From a virus (lineage: Duplodnaviria; Heunggongvirae; Uroviricota; Caudoviricetes), in IMG/VR virus record IMGVR_UViG_3300034082_001974: a stretch of 64,000 bases of DNA; one strand, 5' to 3'. Shown here one piece after another: positions 52,060-62,301 of the stretch (position 1 is its first letter; every line of letters starts with the position of its first letter). Below the pieces are notes generated by a model, which was not told the origin of the DNA, searched no databases, and saw nothing but the letters and a program-made list of their open reading frames with translations. The position numbers were made by a program, and so were the translations under genes.

Positions 52060-54878
52060 TCAAAGAAGAATAAGTGAAATAATCTTGAGTTAGTTAGGTC
52101 TGTTCCAAAGTATTCATTTGCAGAGTGAATACATTTTGCATCAAAAAGAACCAGACGATTAAAAACATTGCCAGCGGTGTCTACAAGTTGAAATTTGGTC
52201 TTATCATAATAACCACCTTCAAAAACATTAGTATCTTTAAAATCATTTTCATTTCTTAATTTTGTATCTTTATGAGCATACAAAGAAGTCCCACAAGAGA
52301 ATGGTGCATCAGGAGTTAGATATACCATACCGGCAAGTGTTTGTCCATCGCAGTGATACACTAGAGAATCTTCTGCTGTGCAATACTGAAATCTACCACA
52401 CATTCCGTGAGTTTCAGTCCAGTTTGTAATCTTTTTCCCTATAATTTTCTCAAATGCTTCCTTCGTTCCTGGGGCAATATACTGTTGATTTGAACGACTG
52501 CCTTTATAGTAATTAAGATTTGGTTCAAATTCTTGTTGAAGAGCAAATTCTCTTACAGCATATGGGTCAGCATAAAAATCATCTACAATCCAAAGTCTCG
52601 GTTTGGTTGTTGTATTAATAGTGAATGAGTTAATAGTTTTTTCTTCACTGACCTTTAACAGAGCATAGTTATGAAGATTTTGTGGGCAATCCCCACTATC
52701 TTGATAGATGTTGGTATCAATTAAGAAGTAATAATCTGGAAATGGAAGTTTTCTTTCCGGATCTACGAGTCTTGTTGTTTGCTCCAGCATCTTATCATAC
52801 TGCTTTAGTTCATCATAAGTTTGAGCAAGATATACAATGTGCTCATTTCTTACTGGGCAGTATTTTTCCGCTTTATGAAACCATTCTATTGCTTTCTCAT
52901 AATTTCCAAGATACTTATACCCAAGACCAATAGAGAATGTAGAGAAATAAGACATCTCGTGAATACCTTGTGCATTTACGTGCTTTAGATATTCTTCAAA
53001 GTAGAAAATAAATCTGCGGGCAAACTCTTTTGAGTGTGCTTCTTTTAAGGGATAAAAATTTCCTCCATAACAATCTTGATAAGATTTTGCAATATACCAG
53101 AAGTGATAAGTATCCGTGAGCATTGTTTCTTCACGAATCATTTTTTCTTCAAGTTTAAGTGCATCAGTAATATACTTAGTTCTTATAGTATAACTTTCCC
53201 CATCACTGGTTCCCGACATTCTTAAACCGCGAGGAAGATTTAATCTCTCAAAGTTCTCTCCTTTATCATTATCCAGATAAATGATTTCGTGAGCGAGATC
53301 GTGTTGAAATCTCCAGGGTAGTTTTGCATTCCAAATCCAGGCACGATAGTAGATACAACCAGGATTAACTGCAGTTACATGAAAACTTTCAGTATTAGTA
53401 TTATAGAAATAAGACCAATCAAAATCTTCGTCTACTTCTAGATATTCATCACAATCCATTTTCATGATCCAATCACACCCGTGGTCATTACGAAGTGTGG
53501 TTTGAAGTAAATGGTCTCGGTTCCAACCAAAACCAACCCAACCTTCCTCAATATTATAAATGAAACCAGGAATGTTCTTATCTGCAAAAAACTCTTTTAC
53601 AATATCTGGTGTTCCGTCAGTGGAACCATTATCTTGAAATACATAAAAATCAATATGTCTCCAGACACTCTCAAGCATTCTACGAATACCCTTCGCTTCA
53701 TTCTTAAACATAGAAATCATACAGATATTTGTACGGATTTCTTGCCCAGACTTGTGTGCCCGAAGAAAGTTATAGTATCCTAGATACTCGTTGAGCATTA
53801 GAACTGAACCTTGTTTCGATGCTTCTTCCGCATAAATTCCGTCTGCTTCGTAAATATGAGCAAAACGAAGGTTCTTTGCAACACTCCAACGAACCATGTA
53901 TTGTGAAGTATCAATCTGTGCAATTTTAGGAGTGTCTGTGGGTGCAGTGCGAGGTTCATCATTTGCCCAGACCTGACCCCAAGTAATGATTGAAGCATCA
54001 CTGTTGAGGTGTGATTGAATATTGCTCCACCAATTTGGATGAATTATATTATCATCATCTAAAATATAAACCCAATCATTATCACTTGGATTTAACTGAT
54101 TCTTAATATATTCTAGACCAATATTGCGATTTGGATTTCCCCAGAACCCAGTCTCTTGTGAATGAATAACAGTAGCATTTTCTACTGTGTGCTCATTCTT
54201 TACAGTATCATCAAATACTACAACCCATTCACATTCTCTCGGAACTGAACCTACAATAAACTCAAGATTAAAAGGTCTACGAGAAGGAGTGACGATGAAT
54301 ACTTTTGAGTTCAATTCAACCTCGGTCTTCTCATAAACCCAACAAGTTTCTTGTGTGGTAATTTTATTTCCAAGAACTTCTTGAACTGCCTTTTCAACTC
54401 CAGGAAAATCGACATTAAGATAATCGTGCCCAGCAATTACGCCCCCTTGCTTTACTTTTGGGAGCCAAGAAATTATATCGTCTTTTACATCTTGGTATTC
54501 GTGTGAAGCATCAATAAAAACAAAGTCTAATGAGTTGTCTTCAAATTGCTTGACTCCTTGTAGTGATTTTGCACGAATACCTTTATAATACTTTCTTACT
54601 GGTTCCATATTATTCAGGAAAGTATCGTAAAGATTAGAAGTGTCCATTTCATATTGTTCGTGTTCAACACTTCCTTCCCACGTATCCACACAGTATAAAT
54701 CAATATCTTTTCCCGAGTTTGCAATTTCTACCGCCATATAAGCAGAAGACATTCCTTTCCAAGAACCAATCTCTACAAATTTACTTCCAGATGAAAATCT
54801 TTTCACCATAGAACTATAAAGTTCTGGATAATTAAACCAGACTTCACCGAATTGCGATTGGTTGTAAATGTGGTTCAT
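52056..54878 (-). CDS. 940-aa multidomain glycan-modification protein: SAM-MTase (TylF/CmcI-like) - GT2 glycosyltransferases - TPR region - C-terminal 2OG-Fe(II)-oxygenase-like domain
   Basis: VEIGSWKG...FIDASHEYQDV; ISMFKNEA...QDNGSTDGT; TPR-like helices; C-terminal HxD...H pattern (VYHCDG...CIHSA). Confidence 0.6.
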   Translation of the reverse strand: MNHIYNQSQFGEVWFNYPELYSSMVKRFSSGSKFVEIGSWKGMSSAYMAVEIANSGKDIDLYCVDTWEGSVEHEQYEMDTSNLYDTFLNNMEPVRKYYKGIRAKSLQGVKQFEDNSLDFVFIDASHEYQDVKDDIISWLPKVKQGGVIAGHDYLNVDFPGVEKAVQEVLGNKITTQETCWVYEKTEVELNSKVFIVTPSRRPFNLEFIVGSVPRECEWVVVFDDTVKNEHTVENATVIHSQETGFWGNPNRNIGLEYIKNQLNPSDNDWVYILDDDNIIHPNWWSNIQSHLNSDASIITWGQVWANDEPRTAPTDTPKIAQIDTSQYMVRWSVAKNLRFAHIYEADGIYAEEASKQGSVLMLNEYLGYYNFLRAHKSGQEIRTNICMISMFKNEAKGIRRMLESVWRHIDFYVFQDNGSTDGTPDIVKEFFADKNIPGFIYNIEEGWVGFGWNRDHLLQTTLRNDHGCDWIMKMDCDEYLEVDEDFDWSYFYNTNTESFHVTAVNPGCIYYRAWIWNAKLPWRFQHDLAHEIIYLDNDKGENFERLNLPRGLRMSGTSDGESYTIRTKYITDALKLEEKMIREETMLTDTYHFWYIAKSYQDCYGGNFYPLKEAHSKEFARRFIFYFEEYLKHVNAQGIHEMSYFSTFSIGLGYKYLGNYEKAIEWFHKAEKYCPVRNEHIVYLAQTYDELKQYDKMLEQTTRLVDPERKLPFPDYYFLIDTNIYQDSGDCPQNLHNYALLKVSEEKTINSFTINTTTKPRLWIVDDFYADPYAVREFALQQEFEPNLNYYKGSRSNQQYIAPGTKEAFEKIIGKKITNWTETHGMCGRFQYCTAEDSLVYHCDGQTLAGMVYLTPDAPFSCGTSLYAHKDTKLRNENDFKDTNVFEGGYYDKTKFQLVDTAGNVFNRLVLFDAKCIHSANEYFGTDLTNSRLFHLFFFD

Positions 54879-55567
54879 AACTTAGCTCTTTCCTCAATAA
54901 GTTTTAAAATTTCTTGATTCAGTTCTTGCCCTTTTGATGGGGCATAAAGTGCTCTGGGTCTTGGGTCAGTTCCTTCTGGTGGATCAGTAAGATAATAAAC
55001 TGCCAGACTCTTTCTATAAACTCCTTCTGGACAAGTCATTGGAGTTGCAAATCCGTGCCAGGAATTGTGAGTTGTATCAAATAAAACTGCACGATTAAAG
55101 ATATTATCTACTGTAACTATCTTTTCATCCGGTTTATTTATTAAATTATTATGAGACCAAAATTCAAGATTACCACCCCATTCTACATTCCAATTTTGAG
55201 TTGTATAAATGATAAGATTTAATTTTCTTTGAAGTTTTAATTTAGGATGAATTGAATAATCTAGATGGACATTTAATTTACCATTTTTTCCAAGTAAATG
55301 TAACCCACCACCATGCAATCCAATATCAGGGTATAGTGTTTTTATTCCTGTTATTTCTTTGAGTTTTTCAATAAACTCTGGAGAATTTAAATATGCAAAA
55401 GTTTTATAAGTTTCTGGTCCAAAATAATACCAGTTATTACAAGATCTTTTAACTTCCAGTTGGTTGTTATATTCAAACCACGCTGGGCAATTATATTCTG
55501 GAAATTCTTGTTCTATTCTTTTTGCTCTTTCAATATCAAAAAAATTATCTATGATATGATATTTCAT
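54875..55567 (-). CDS. 2OG-Fe(II) oxygenase superfamily protein
   Basis: NVHLDYS (HxD) ... WHGF; 230 aa; phage-typical VIDNFF start. Confidence 0.55.
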   Translation of the reverse strand: MKYHIIDNFFDIERAKRIEQEFPEYNCPAWFEYNNQLEVKRSCNNWYYFGPETYKTFAYLNSPEFIEKLKEITGIKTLYPDIGLHGGGLHLLGKNGKLNVHLDYSIHPKLKLQRKLNLIIYTTQNWNVEWGGNLEFWSHNNLINKPDEKIVTVDNIFNRAVLFDTTHNSWHGFATPMTCPEGVYRKSLAVYYLTDPPEGTDPRPRALYAPSKGQELNQEILKLIEERAKL

Positions 55568-55717
55568 ATATGCTCATAATCTGTTCTTGAATGTATTTAT
55601 TATACGTCTCATATGCTTGTGATCTTCCTGGACCCCAAATAATTCCAATTGCTCCTGGTACTTCTTGAGCAACATAAACACTTAAAGTATCAAGCGTATT
55701 CGTCAAGGTGAGAGGGA

Positions 55718-56518
55718 TTAAATGCCGAACCGTGCTCTCATCGCCAAAAAGTTTTGTGAGATTTCTGATGCTGTGAGTGCTCTGTTGTATAATTTGTACG
55801 AATACATTATTCCATTAAAGGATCTAGCAAAGTTTGTATCCAATCCTGCTGTTATTCTTGTTAGGCTATCTCCAAATATTCTAGTTGTTGATAAAGAACT
55901 TCGTATAAAGATACCATTAATATAATATGAAAATCCATTTGTAGTTTTGATTACAACTAAATGGCATATATTTGGATAACTAGTATAATTCACCAATATT
56001 GTTGGGGCAAAATTATTGTTATGTACTCCTACTACAAATCCGTTAGTTCCAAAACAAAACTGATATCCTGCGTAGGCACTATTGTTATAATTGTAATAAG
56101 TATCACCAGATAGTCCATTTCCAGACCTATTTCCATAATATGATGTTCCAGAAAGACTTTCAGTATAGGAGGCATATATGGTTGAGTTTGCTTTTAACCA
56201 ATATTCATACGTAAGTGAACCCTCAATTTGTGCAGTTGTTAAATTAGGAGCAATATTGGTAACATAATCATCAACCCCATCAAAACTCAAAGAACCACCA
56301 TTAGACGCATTATAACCCACACCATTCACAAGAGTTCCATTATTTCCATTACCACTCAAATCAGTCCAAGTCGTTCCAGAACCTCCATAAGAACTTGAAA
56401 CTCCCGCATCCAGATTCAATACTAATCCAGACTGAACTACTCCTTTGGTTGCAACGTGAGTTCTTCCTGTGTTTGTGAGTGCTGCCCAGTTCTTTTCAAC
56501 ACCACCATAAACACCCAC
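55718..56518 (-). CDS. LamG/concanavalin-A-like lectin domain protein (paralog 1 of 3), putative fibre/receptor-binding
   Basis: LNLDAG...SGTTWTDLSGNGNNGTLVNGVGY...SLSFDGVDDYV; conserved C-terminal NRALTASEISQNF...RFGI. Confidence 0.55.
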   Translation of the reverse strand: MGVYGGVEKNWAALTNTGRTHVATKGVVQSGLVLNLDAGVSSSYGGSGTTWTDLSGNGNNGTLVNGVGYNASNGGSLSFDGVDDYVTNIAPNLTTAQIEGSLTYEYWLKANSTIYASYTESLSGTSYYGNRSGNGLSGDTYYNYNNSAYAGYQFCFGTNGFVVGVHNNNFAPTILVNYTSYPNICHLVVIKTTNGFSYYINGIFIRSSLSTTRIFGDSLTRITAGLDTNFARSFNGIMYSYKLYNRALTASEISQNFLAMRARFGI

Positions 56519-56519
56519 C

Positions 56520-56774
56520 TTACATTACCTCCATAGGTGCAGACCATTCTGGAGTGTTTAAAATATCTAAAATCTCTTCATAAGTGTAATACCCCTGAAT
56601 GGTTGTGAGTGCCTGTACTGATGGTGGTGGAGTTTCTCCGTCCCACTTTACAAACGTCAAAGTTTCATCCACAGATTTTCTTACAGTCTCGGCGGAAGTT
56701 TCTAATACCTGTGAGAAATCAATAAGATTGAGTTCTGATGTTGCAAAGATGCAAAAGTTTCTATCGTCGTACAT
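56520..56774 (-). CDS. hypothetical protein between LamG paralogs
   Basis: track ORF. Confidence 0.45.
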   Translation of the reverse strand: MYDDRNFCIFATSELNLIDFSQVLETSAETVRKSVDETLTFVKWDGETPPPSVQALTTIQGYYTYEEILDILNTPEWSAPMEVM

Positions 56775-56791
56775 ATTAGTTTTTTAAATAT

Positions 56792-57532
56792 TTATGTGAG
56801 ACCATAACGTCCTTTAAGAGCATCATAGTTTTGTTTTACTTCTGTTGCGGAGAGTGCTCTGTTGTATATTTGGGTGTTGGAGATGTTGCCTTTAAAAATT
56901 CGTGAACCAAAAAAACTAAAACGAATTTGCGCAATAAACAAATCTCTATTGATTATATAATTAACGTTACCATTACTAGCAGTTCCCGTATATACTTGGA
57001 TGCCATTTTTATATCCCAATAACGATGTTCCATTTTTGGCATAAGTTATATTTTGCCAAACTGAAGTTGTAATTTGAATACCTTTTCCTGCGCCAATTCC
57101 ACCTCCACCAGTAGGTTGAAAGGTTGCTCCGTCGTGCCAAGCAAGATAAAAATATCTGTTTGTAGTTGCATCTTCAGATTGTAACACCCATCCCTGATTA
57201 AAACTAGTAGTGGCGTGATCAAAATCTATCATTGAAACAAGTGCAAGAGTTTGAACTGCGGGATTAACCCAAACAGATAAAGTAAAATTTTGGTTGCGAA
57301 TAGTTGAGGGATTAGTTAATGAAGTATAATCATCAACCCCATCAAAAACAAAAGACCCATAATTGCTTCCACTATATCCCACTCCATTCACAAGAGTTCC
57401 ATTATTTCCATTACCACTTCTATCAAACCAAGTCAGTCCAGATTTTGGATAAGACCTTGCATTTGCCGCATCAAGATATAAGACTAATCCTGATGTTACT
57501 CCCAGTGGTTCTTTTGCTCCGTGCATTAACAT
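56792..57532 (-). CDS. LamG-like lectin domain protein (paralog 2)
   Basis: same N-terminal ~70 aa signature and C-terminal NRALSATEVKQNY...RYGL. Confidence 0.55.
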   Translation of the reverse strand: MLMHGAKEPLGVTSGLVLYLDAANARSYPKSGLTWFDRSGNGNNGTLVNGVGYSGSNYGSFVFDGVDDYTSLTNPSTIRNQNFTLSVWVNPAVQTLALVSMIDFDHATTSFNQGWVLQSEDATTNRYFYLAWHDGATFQPTGGGGIGAGKGIQITTSVWQNITYAKNGTSLLGYKNGIQVYTGTASNGNVNYIINRDLFIAQIRFSFFGSRIFKGNISNTQIYNRALSATEVKQNYDALKGRYGLT

Positions 57533-57557
57533 TTTTTATTTCCTCTTCTTTTTATAT

Positions 57558-58250
57558 TCAAAGACCATAGCGGGACTTGGTTGCATTATAGTTTTGTTTG
57601 ACTTCTGCTGCGGAGAGTGCTCTGTTGTATCTAAAATAATTATAAACATTCCCTTGCCCATTTCTACCTCCTTGTTGATCACTTCCAATCCAAGTGGATA
57701 CTGGAGAAGGTGTTGTTGTTCTTGTAATTGATGTGGTGTTAGTAATCATAAGAGTTCCGTCAATATATACTTTATGCTCGTTGCTACCATTTGTAGTGTA
57801 AACATACATATGAGGAATTGTTATATCAGATAAAGTAGTAATCCTACCAATCTGGGTAAATGTTACAGAAGAACTTAAAACATAAAACTCTATATCTCTA
57901 GTTGCACCATAATAATTATTTGGATGTATGATATGTCCATTTGCCTGTCTAGAAGAAGAAATCCAACCATCCTTATTCCAAGTTGTAGTGACAGATTTTG
58001 CCCACACTATAACTGTTTCAGCATAAGGATTAGCAAGATTATATGTAACATAATCATCAACCCCATCAAAAACCAAAGAACCCTTATTAGCACTAGAATA
58101 TCCAACCCCATTCACAAGAGTTCCAGTATTACCACGACCACTCAAATCAGTCCAAGTGGTTCCAGACCCTGGATAAGACTTTGGATTTGCTGCGTCTAAA
58201 CAAAGAACGAGATTATCTGTTATTATTTTTGGATTGTAATTTATCGCCAA
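57558..58250 (-). CDS. LamG-like lectin domain protein (paralog 3)
   Basis: same signature; C-terminal NRALSAAEVKQNY...RYGL. Confidence 0.55.
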   Translation of the reverse strand: MAINYNPKIITDNLVLCLDAANPKSYPGSGTTWTDLSGRGNTGTLVNGVGYSSANKGSLVFDGVDDYVTYNLANPYAETVIVWAKSVTTTWNKDGWISSSRQANGHIIHPNNYYGATRDIEFYVLSSSVTFTQIGRITTLSDITIPHMYVYTTNGSNEHKVYIDGTLMITNTTSITRTTTPSPVSTWIGSDQQGGRNGQGNVYNYFRYNRALSAAEVKQNYNATKSRYGL

Positions 58251-58283
58251 CTTTATTTCACCTGTTTCTTATGAGAGTATTTA

Positions 58284-58646
58284 TCAAATTTTATGAATCT
58301 TAATTTCTTTATAAAATGAGTGAGTGAGTTCATTAATTTCTTTTTTGATTCTTGCTCGTTCATCATTAGTTCGATAAACACTTCTTGCAAGTTCAATAAA
58401 ATGAGAAGAAAAATCTTTAGTTCTTTCTAATTTTCTTAAATCATCTTCAATCTTCCATAGTTTTTGATTGACTTCTTTAAGTTTTTGTAAATATGACGAA
58501 AGATATACCTGATGATTTTTTGCAATTTCAATAAGATCATTTAGTTCTTGGGTAATGAAACTACTAGATGAATGTTCTGACTTGATTTGGAGAATAGTAA
58601 TCTTATCTAATAGTTCACCGACTGATGTTTGAATGTTTATTTTCAT
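58284..58646 (-). CDS. hypothetical coiled-coil protein
   Basis: track ORF. Confidence 0.5.
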   Translation of the reverse strand: MKINIQTSVGELLDKITILQIKSEHSSSSFITQELNDLIEIAKNHQVYLSSYLQKLKEVNQKLWKIEDDLRKLERTKDFSSHFIELARSVYRTNDERARIKKEINELTHSFYKEIKIHKI

Positions 58647-58679
58647 TTATGAAGACTCATAATAATATTTTTTTAATTC

Positions 58680-59459
58680 TCATAAAACCTCTTGAACTTT
58701 ATTTTTAATTTTAAGTATTCTATTACTCCACCATTTCCTTACATCTTGAGAACTTACTTTACTATCTAGAGTATTTAATACATCACTCCAAGTTTCGGCA
58801 AAAATCCAAGGAGGATTGTCTTCATATTTGAAAGTATTTTCTATTTCTTTTTGTATTCCAACTACAATAGGAATTGCTCCATTCATTGATGCCTCATAAA
58901 GACGAAAACAATCCAGAGAAGAATTACCACGACCACAAGGAACAAAAGTAGATTGAGAATATACTTTACACATTAGTTCTTTTGATAATGAGTCTCCAAT
59001 CATATAAGGTGTAATTTGACGAAACTTACTTATCATTTCCACTCTATCCGTTTTAATTGAACCAAAAAAAGACCATTTTAAATTTTTATCTTCTTCAAAA
59101 ACTTTACAACCATTTGTATAACCAAGAGGTATGTGTAAAGTATTTGAAGTATATTTATATTCTGGATGATGATATTGTCTTAAAAATAATTCACATTCAT
59201 TTCCAAGTTCATTGTAGATTGAATTATTATCTTGATAAAATTCATCAGACAGCATAATAATAATCTTTGGTCTAAGTCTTTGTATCGTAGATTTTATATT
59301 TGAAAAATTATGAACTCTACAAGAAAAAGCAAAAACCTCACATTTAGATTGAGTATTTTCTAAATTTGAGGTATTTACATATTCAACATTTCCTTTTGGT
59401 AATATTTCATTTAACAAAAAGTCAGTTTCCCATAATCCAGTTTCAAACACATAATTCAT
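58680..59459 (-). CDS. putative glycosyltransferase (exostosin/GT47-like C-terminal region)
   Basis: FRLYEASMNGAIPIV resembles GT C-terminal catalytic region; weak. Confidence 0.35.
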   Translation of the reverse strand: MNYVFETGLWETDFLLNEILPKGNVEYVNTSNLENTQSKCEVFAFSCRVHNFSNIKSTIQRLRPKIIIMLSDEFYQDNNSIYNELGNECELFLRQYHHPEYKYTSNTLHIPLGYTNGCKVFEEDKNLKWSFFGSIKTDRVEMISKFRQITPYMIGDSLSKELMCKVYSQSTFVPCGRGNSSLDCFRLYEASMNGAIPIVVGIQKEIENTFKYEDNPPWIFAETWSDVLNTLDSKVSSQDVRKWWSNRILKIKNKVQEVL

Positions 59460-61621
59460 AAAGGTCTTGATAAATCAAAATTATTTTGAATTAATTTAAT
59501 TAACTGTTGATTTTTTGATACTACTCCAAGACCATAGGTGTGAGTAAAAGTACATTTTGGAAGGTCAATTTCATCAAAAAATCTCTTGACTCCATATTCA
59601 TTACCAAAGGCACTTTCTACACAAGTATCGTGTAAAAGAATTACTCCATCATCACTTAAGAACTTACTCCAAGTTTCAAAATCATTCTTAACATCTTCGT
59701 ATTTGTGACTTCCATCAATATGAAGAATATTAATCTTCTTATTCCAGGTTTCTGCAATTTCATTAAAATCTCCTTTAATAAAAGTCACATTTTCGTCCAT
59801 AAAAAGTTTCTCTCTTTTCGTCAGAACATAATCATAATTATGTCCTCCAGTAAGTCCTGTAAAGTCATCACCCATAAAATTATCAATTCCATATACTTGA
59901 CCAATTCTAGGCATAGCAAAGCAAAAGGTTGAGAACCCCCAATCAACACCTAAATCAACAGTTACTTCTGGTTTTAGATAACTTACAATCCATTCAGCAA
60001 ATCTACGATGTCCAGTCCAACAGGTTGATGGAATATCATCAAGATTAGTTAAAAATAAGTTATCAATTGCTTTATGCCTTTCTGCAGATAGTAATGTATT
60101 TTGATTAAATGCTGTAGCAAAGACAGTAATATTTGGATTGTTTAATTTTTTAGAGAGTTCAGTGAGATATGAAAATGCTTGAGAGAGATAAGGTTCTCCT
60201 AGATTCATTGCTTCACTTACTGCGTGAAAAGCATAGTTTGCTCCTTTTGGAGTATCTTGAAGTTGTATGAGGCAAATACTACACTTAATGAAAGCAATAA
60301 TTCTAAAAGTATCAAAGTATGATTTGGATACATTTAAATATTCTTGACCAAACTCAAGTGCCTTTTGATGATTTCCAACATTAAAATAGTGATTGAAAAT
60401 AAACCAAATATAATACCAGTTAGTTTTGTCTTTTTGATATTCTCTTTCACAAATATCAAAGTAAAATAGTTCCTTTGAGACTGAACGATTAATCTTTTTT
60501 GTAATCTTAATAGAAGTTTCTATATGAACTTCATTTTCAAACTCTTCACTAGAAACAAACACAGGCATTTCGTGAACTGCATTTACCCACTTATAATTCT
60601 TGGTGCGATGAAATCTTGTATGAACTTCATTTGATTGTTGTGGTTCTTCTTCACCAATATCATCAAATCTCAAATGTTTAAAGGATGTGAGTTCATTCTC
60701 AATCATATTCAATCCTTCTAAAAATAAGTCTTGAATATCTTCATTAAAATCAATTGAAAATGCCCAGTCAGTTTTTACATAAGAAAGTGCCTGATTTCTT
60801 GCTACCGAAAAATCAAATTCCTTTTTAGATTGTGAATGCTCATAAACTTCAATTCCAGCGTCTTTAAGTAATGAAACTGTATTATCAGTGCTTCCAGTAT
60901 CAACTACTACTGTATGAGAAAATCTTTTTGAGTTTTTAATGAACTTCTCAATATTTCTCTCTTCATTTTTAGCGATAGCATATAAAGTTACATTCATTTT
61001 AGTCTCCTCGGGTTTTGGTTTAAAGTTACACCAGTGAAAAATTCTTTGAGAATAATCATAATTCAAATTCCCATTTAGAAAAAATGTAGTCTTATTTTTA
61101 AAATACTCATCAACTGCTTGAATAACCCCACTCCAACAGAGAGCATAATCATCACCAGCAATTAATCCACCTGGTTTAAGTTTTGGATACCAAGCAGTAA
61201 TGTCTGCTAAAACATTTTCATAATCGTGAGATGCATCTATAAAAATAAAGTCAATACTTTCATCATCAAATTGTGATGCAATATCTAAACTTCTTCCTTG
61301 AATTGGAGAAACAATATCATCAACTTCACATAGAGACATATTTCTTTGAAATATTTCTAATAATGAAGTTGAATTATTTCTTATATCATTTACTATTTCA
61401 GTATGCTCTTCACTACCTTCAAAAGTATCTACGGCAAATACCTTGATATTCTTTTTAGATTCCTTAATAAGTTGCCCTAAACAAGATGCAGACTTACCCA
61501 TCCAGGAACCAATTTCAACAAAAGTTGAATCATCCGAAAACTTATTTACTGCTAATTTATAAACTAAATCAGAATCAAAGAATCCAGGAACTTCTTTCCA
61601 ATTCATAGATAAAGACTCCAA
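59456..61621 (-). CDS. 721-aa multidomain protein: SAM-MTase - GT2 glycosyltransferase - TPR-like region - second SAM-MTase
   Basis: VEIGSWMGKS...FIDASHDYENV; YAIAKNEE...VDTGSTDNT; C-terminal VDLGVDWGFS...LHIDGSHKYEDV. Confidence 0.6.
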   Translation of the reverse strand: MESLSMNWKEVPGFFDSDLVYKLAVNKFSDDSTFVEIGSWMGKSASCLGQLIKESKKNIKVFAVDTFEGSEEHTEIVNDIRNNSTSLLEIFQRNMSLCEVDDIVSPIQGRSLDIASQFDDESIDFIFIDASHDYENVLADITAWYPKLKPGGLIAGDDYALCWSGVIQAVDEYFKNKTTFFLNGNLNYDYSQRIFHWCNFKPKPEETKMNVTLYAIAKNEERNIEKFIKNSKRFSHTVVVDTGSTDNTVSLLKDAGIEVYEHSQSKKEFDFSVARNQALSYVKTDWAFSIDFNEDIQDLFLEGLNMIENELTSFKHLRFDDIGEEEPQQSNEVHTRFHRTKNYKWVNAVHEMPVFVSSEEFENEVHIETSIKITKKINRSVSKELFYFDICEREYQKDKTNWYYIWFIFNHYFNVGNHQKALEFGQEYLNVSKSYFDTFRIIAFIKCSICLIQLQDTPKGANYAFHAVSEAMNLGEPYLSQAFSYLTELSKKLNNPNITVFATAFNQNTLLSAERHKAIDNLFLTNLDDIPSTCWTGHRRFAEWIVSYLKPEVTVDLGVDWGFSTFCFAMPRIGQVYGIDNFMGDDFTGLTGGHNYDYVLTKREKLFMDENVTFIKGDFNEIAETWNKKINILHIDGSHKYEDVKNDFETWSKFLSDDGVILLHDTCVESAFGNEYGVKRFFDEIDLPKCTFTHTYGLGVVSKNQQLIKLIQNNFDLSRPL

Positions 61622-62301
61622 TCAATACAAGGGGAAATCATTTCTTTTACTGCGTGTGTTGAATAACCAGGAAGACAAGAAATTAAATATCTTCCTTTTT
61701 GATTTAAATCTAAAAACTTTTGATGGTCTGCTGTAGGTTCTACATTTGTAGAATATTGATAATGAATTCTCTTATCTTCTTTTAGTGTTTTGAACTTTGT
61801 TGCAAAAGTATTTGTAGTGGAAGGAACTGGTTTCCAATGAGAACTCTTTGTAATTAAAATCTTACTCATCAAATCCCCATACATTTCTGAATATTTGTCT
61901 TTGTGGTCATATAAAGTCACATAAGAAACTGGAAGTTCAAATCCTTCTTGTAAAATTGTATCCCAGTTTGGGCGATGAACATAATCATCTTCTAGAAAAT
62001 AAATGATTGTATCATCATCAAAGTTCTTTGAAAGAACATATTCTAAAGTTTTTAGAAAACTTATTGATTCTCCTCCCGCATTAATGATATGAATATTCTC
62101 TTCTTGAGAAAGAAAGGTATCTTCAATCTTCCCATAATGCTCATCATAAATGAGAGTATAATTAGTGGTTTCTGAATTTAAAGTATTTTTGAAATTCCCA
62201 AATACTTTTTCCTTATTCCACCAATCTGGTCTTTCTTTATTCGGTTGTTCTTGTATCTTTGAATAATAACAATGTCTTAAGAAGACTTCAATTTTTTTCA
62301 T
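61603..62301 (-). CDS. hypothetical protein, possible sugar-modifying enzyme
   Basis: track ORF in glycan cluster; no secure motif. Confidence 0.45.
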   Translation of the reverse strand: MKKIEVFLRHCYYSKIQEQPNKERPDWWNKEKVFGNFKNTLNSETTNYTLIYDEHYGKIEDTFLSQEENIHIINAGGESISFLKTLEYVLSKNFDDDTIIYFLEDDYVHRPNWDTILQEGFELPVSYVTLYDHKDKYSEMYGDLMSKILITKSSHWKPVPSTTNTFATKFKTLKEDKRIHYQYSTNVEPTADHQKFLDLNQKGRYLISCLPGYSTHAVKEMISPCIDWSLYL

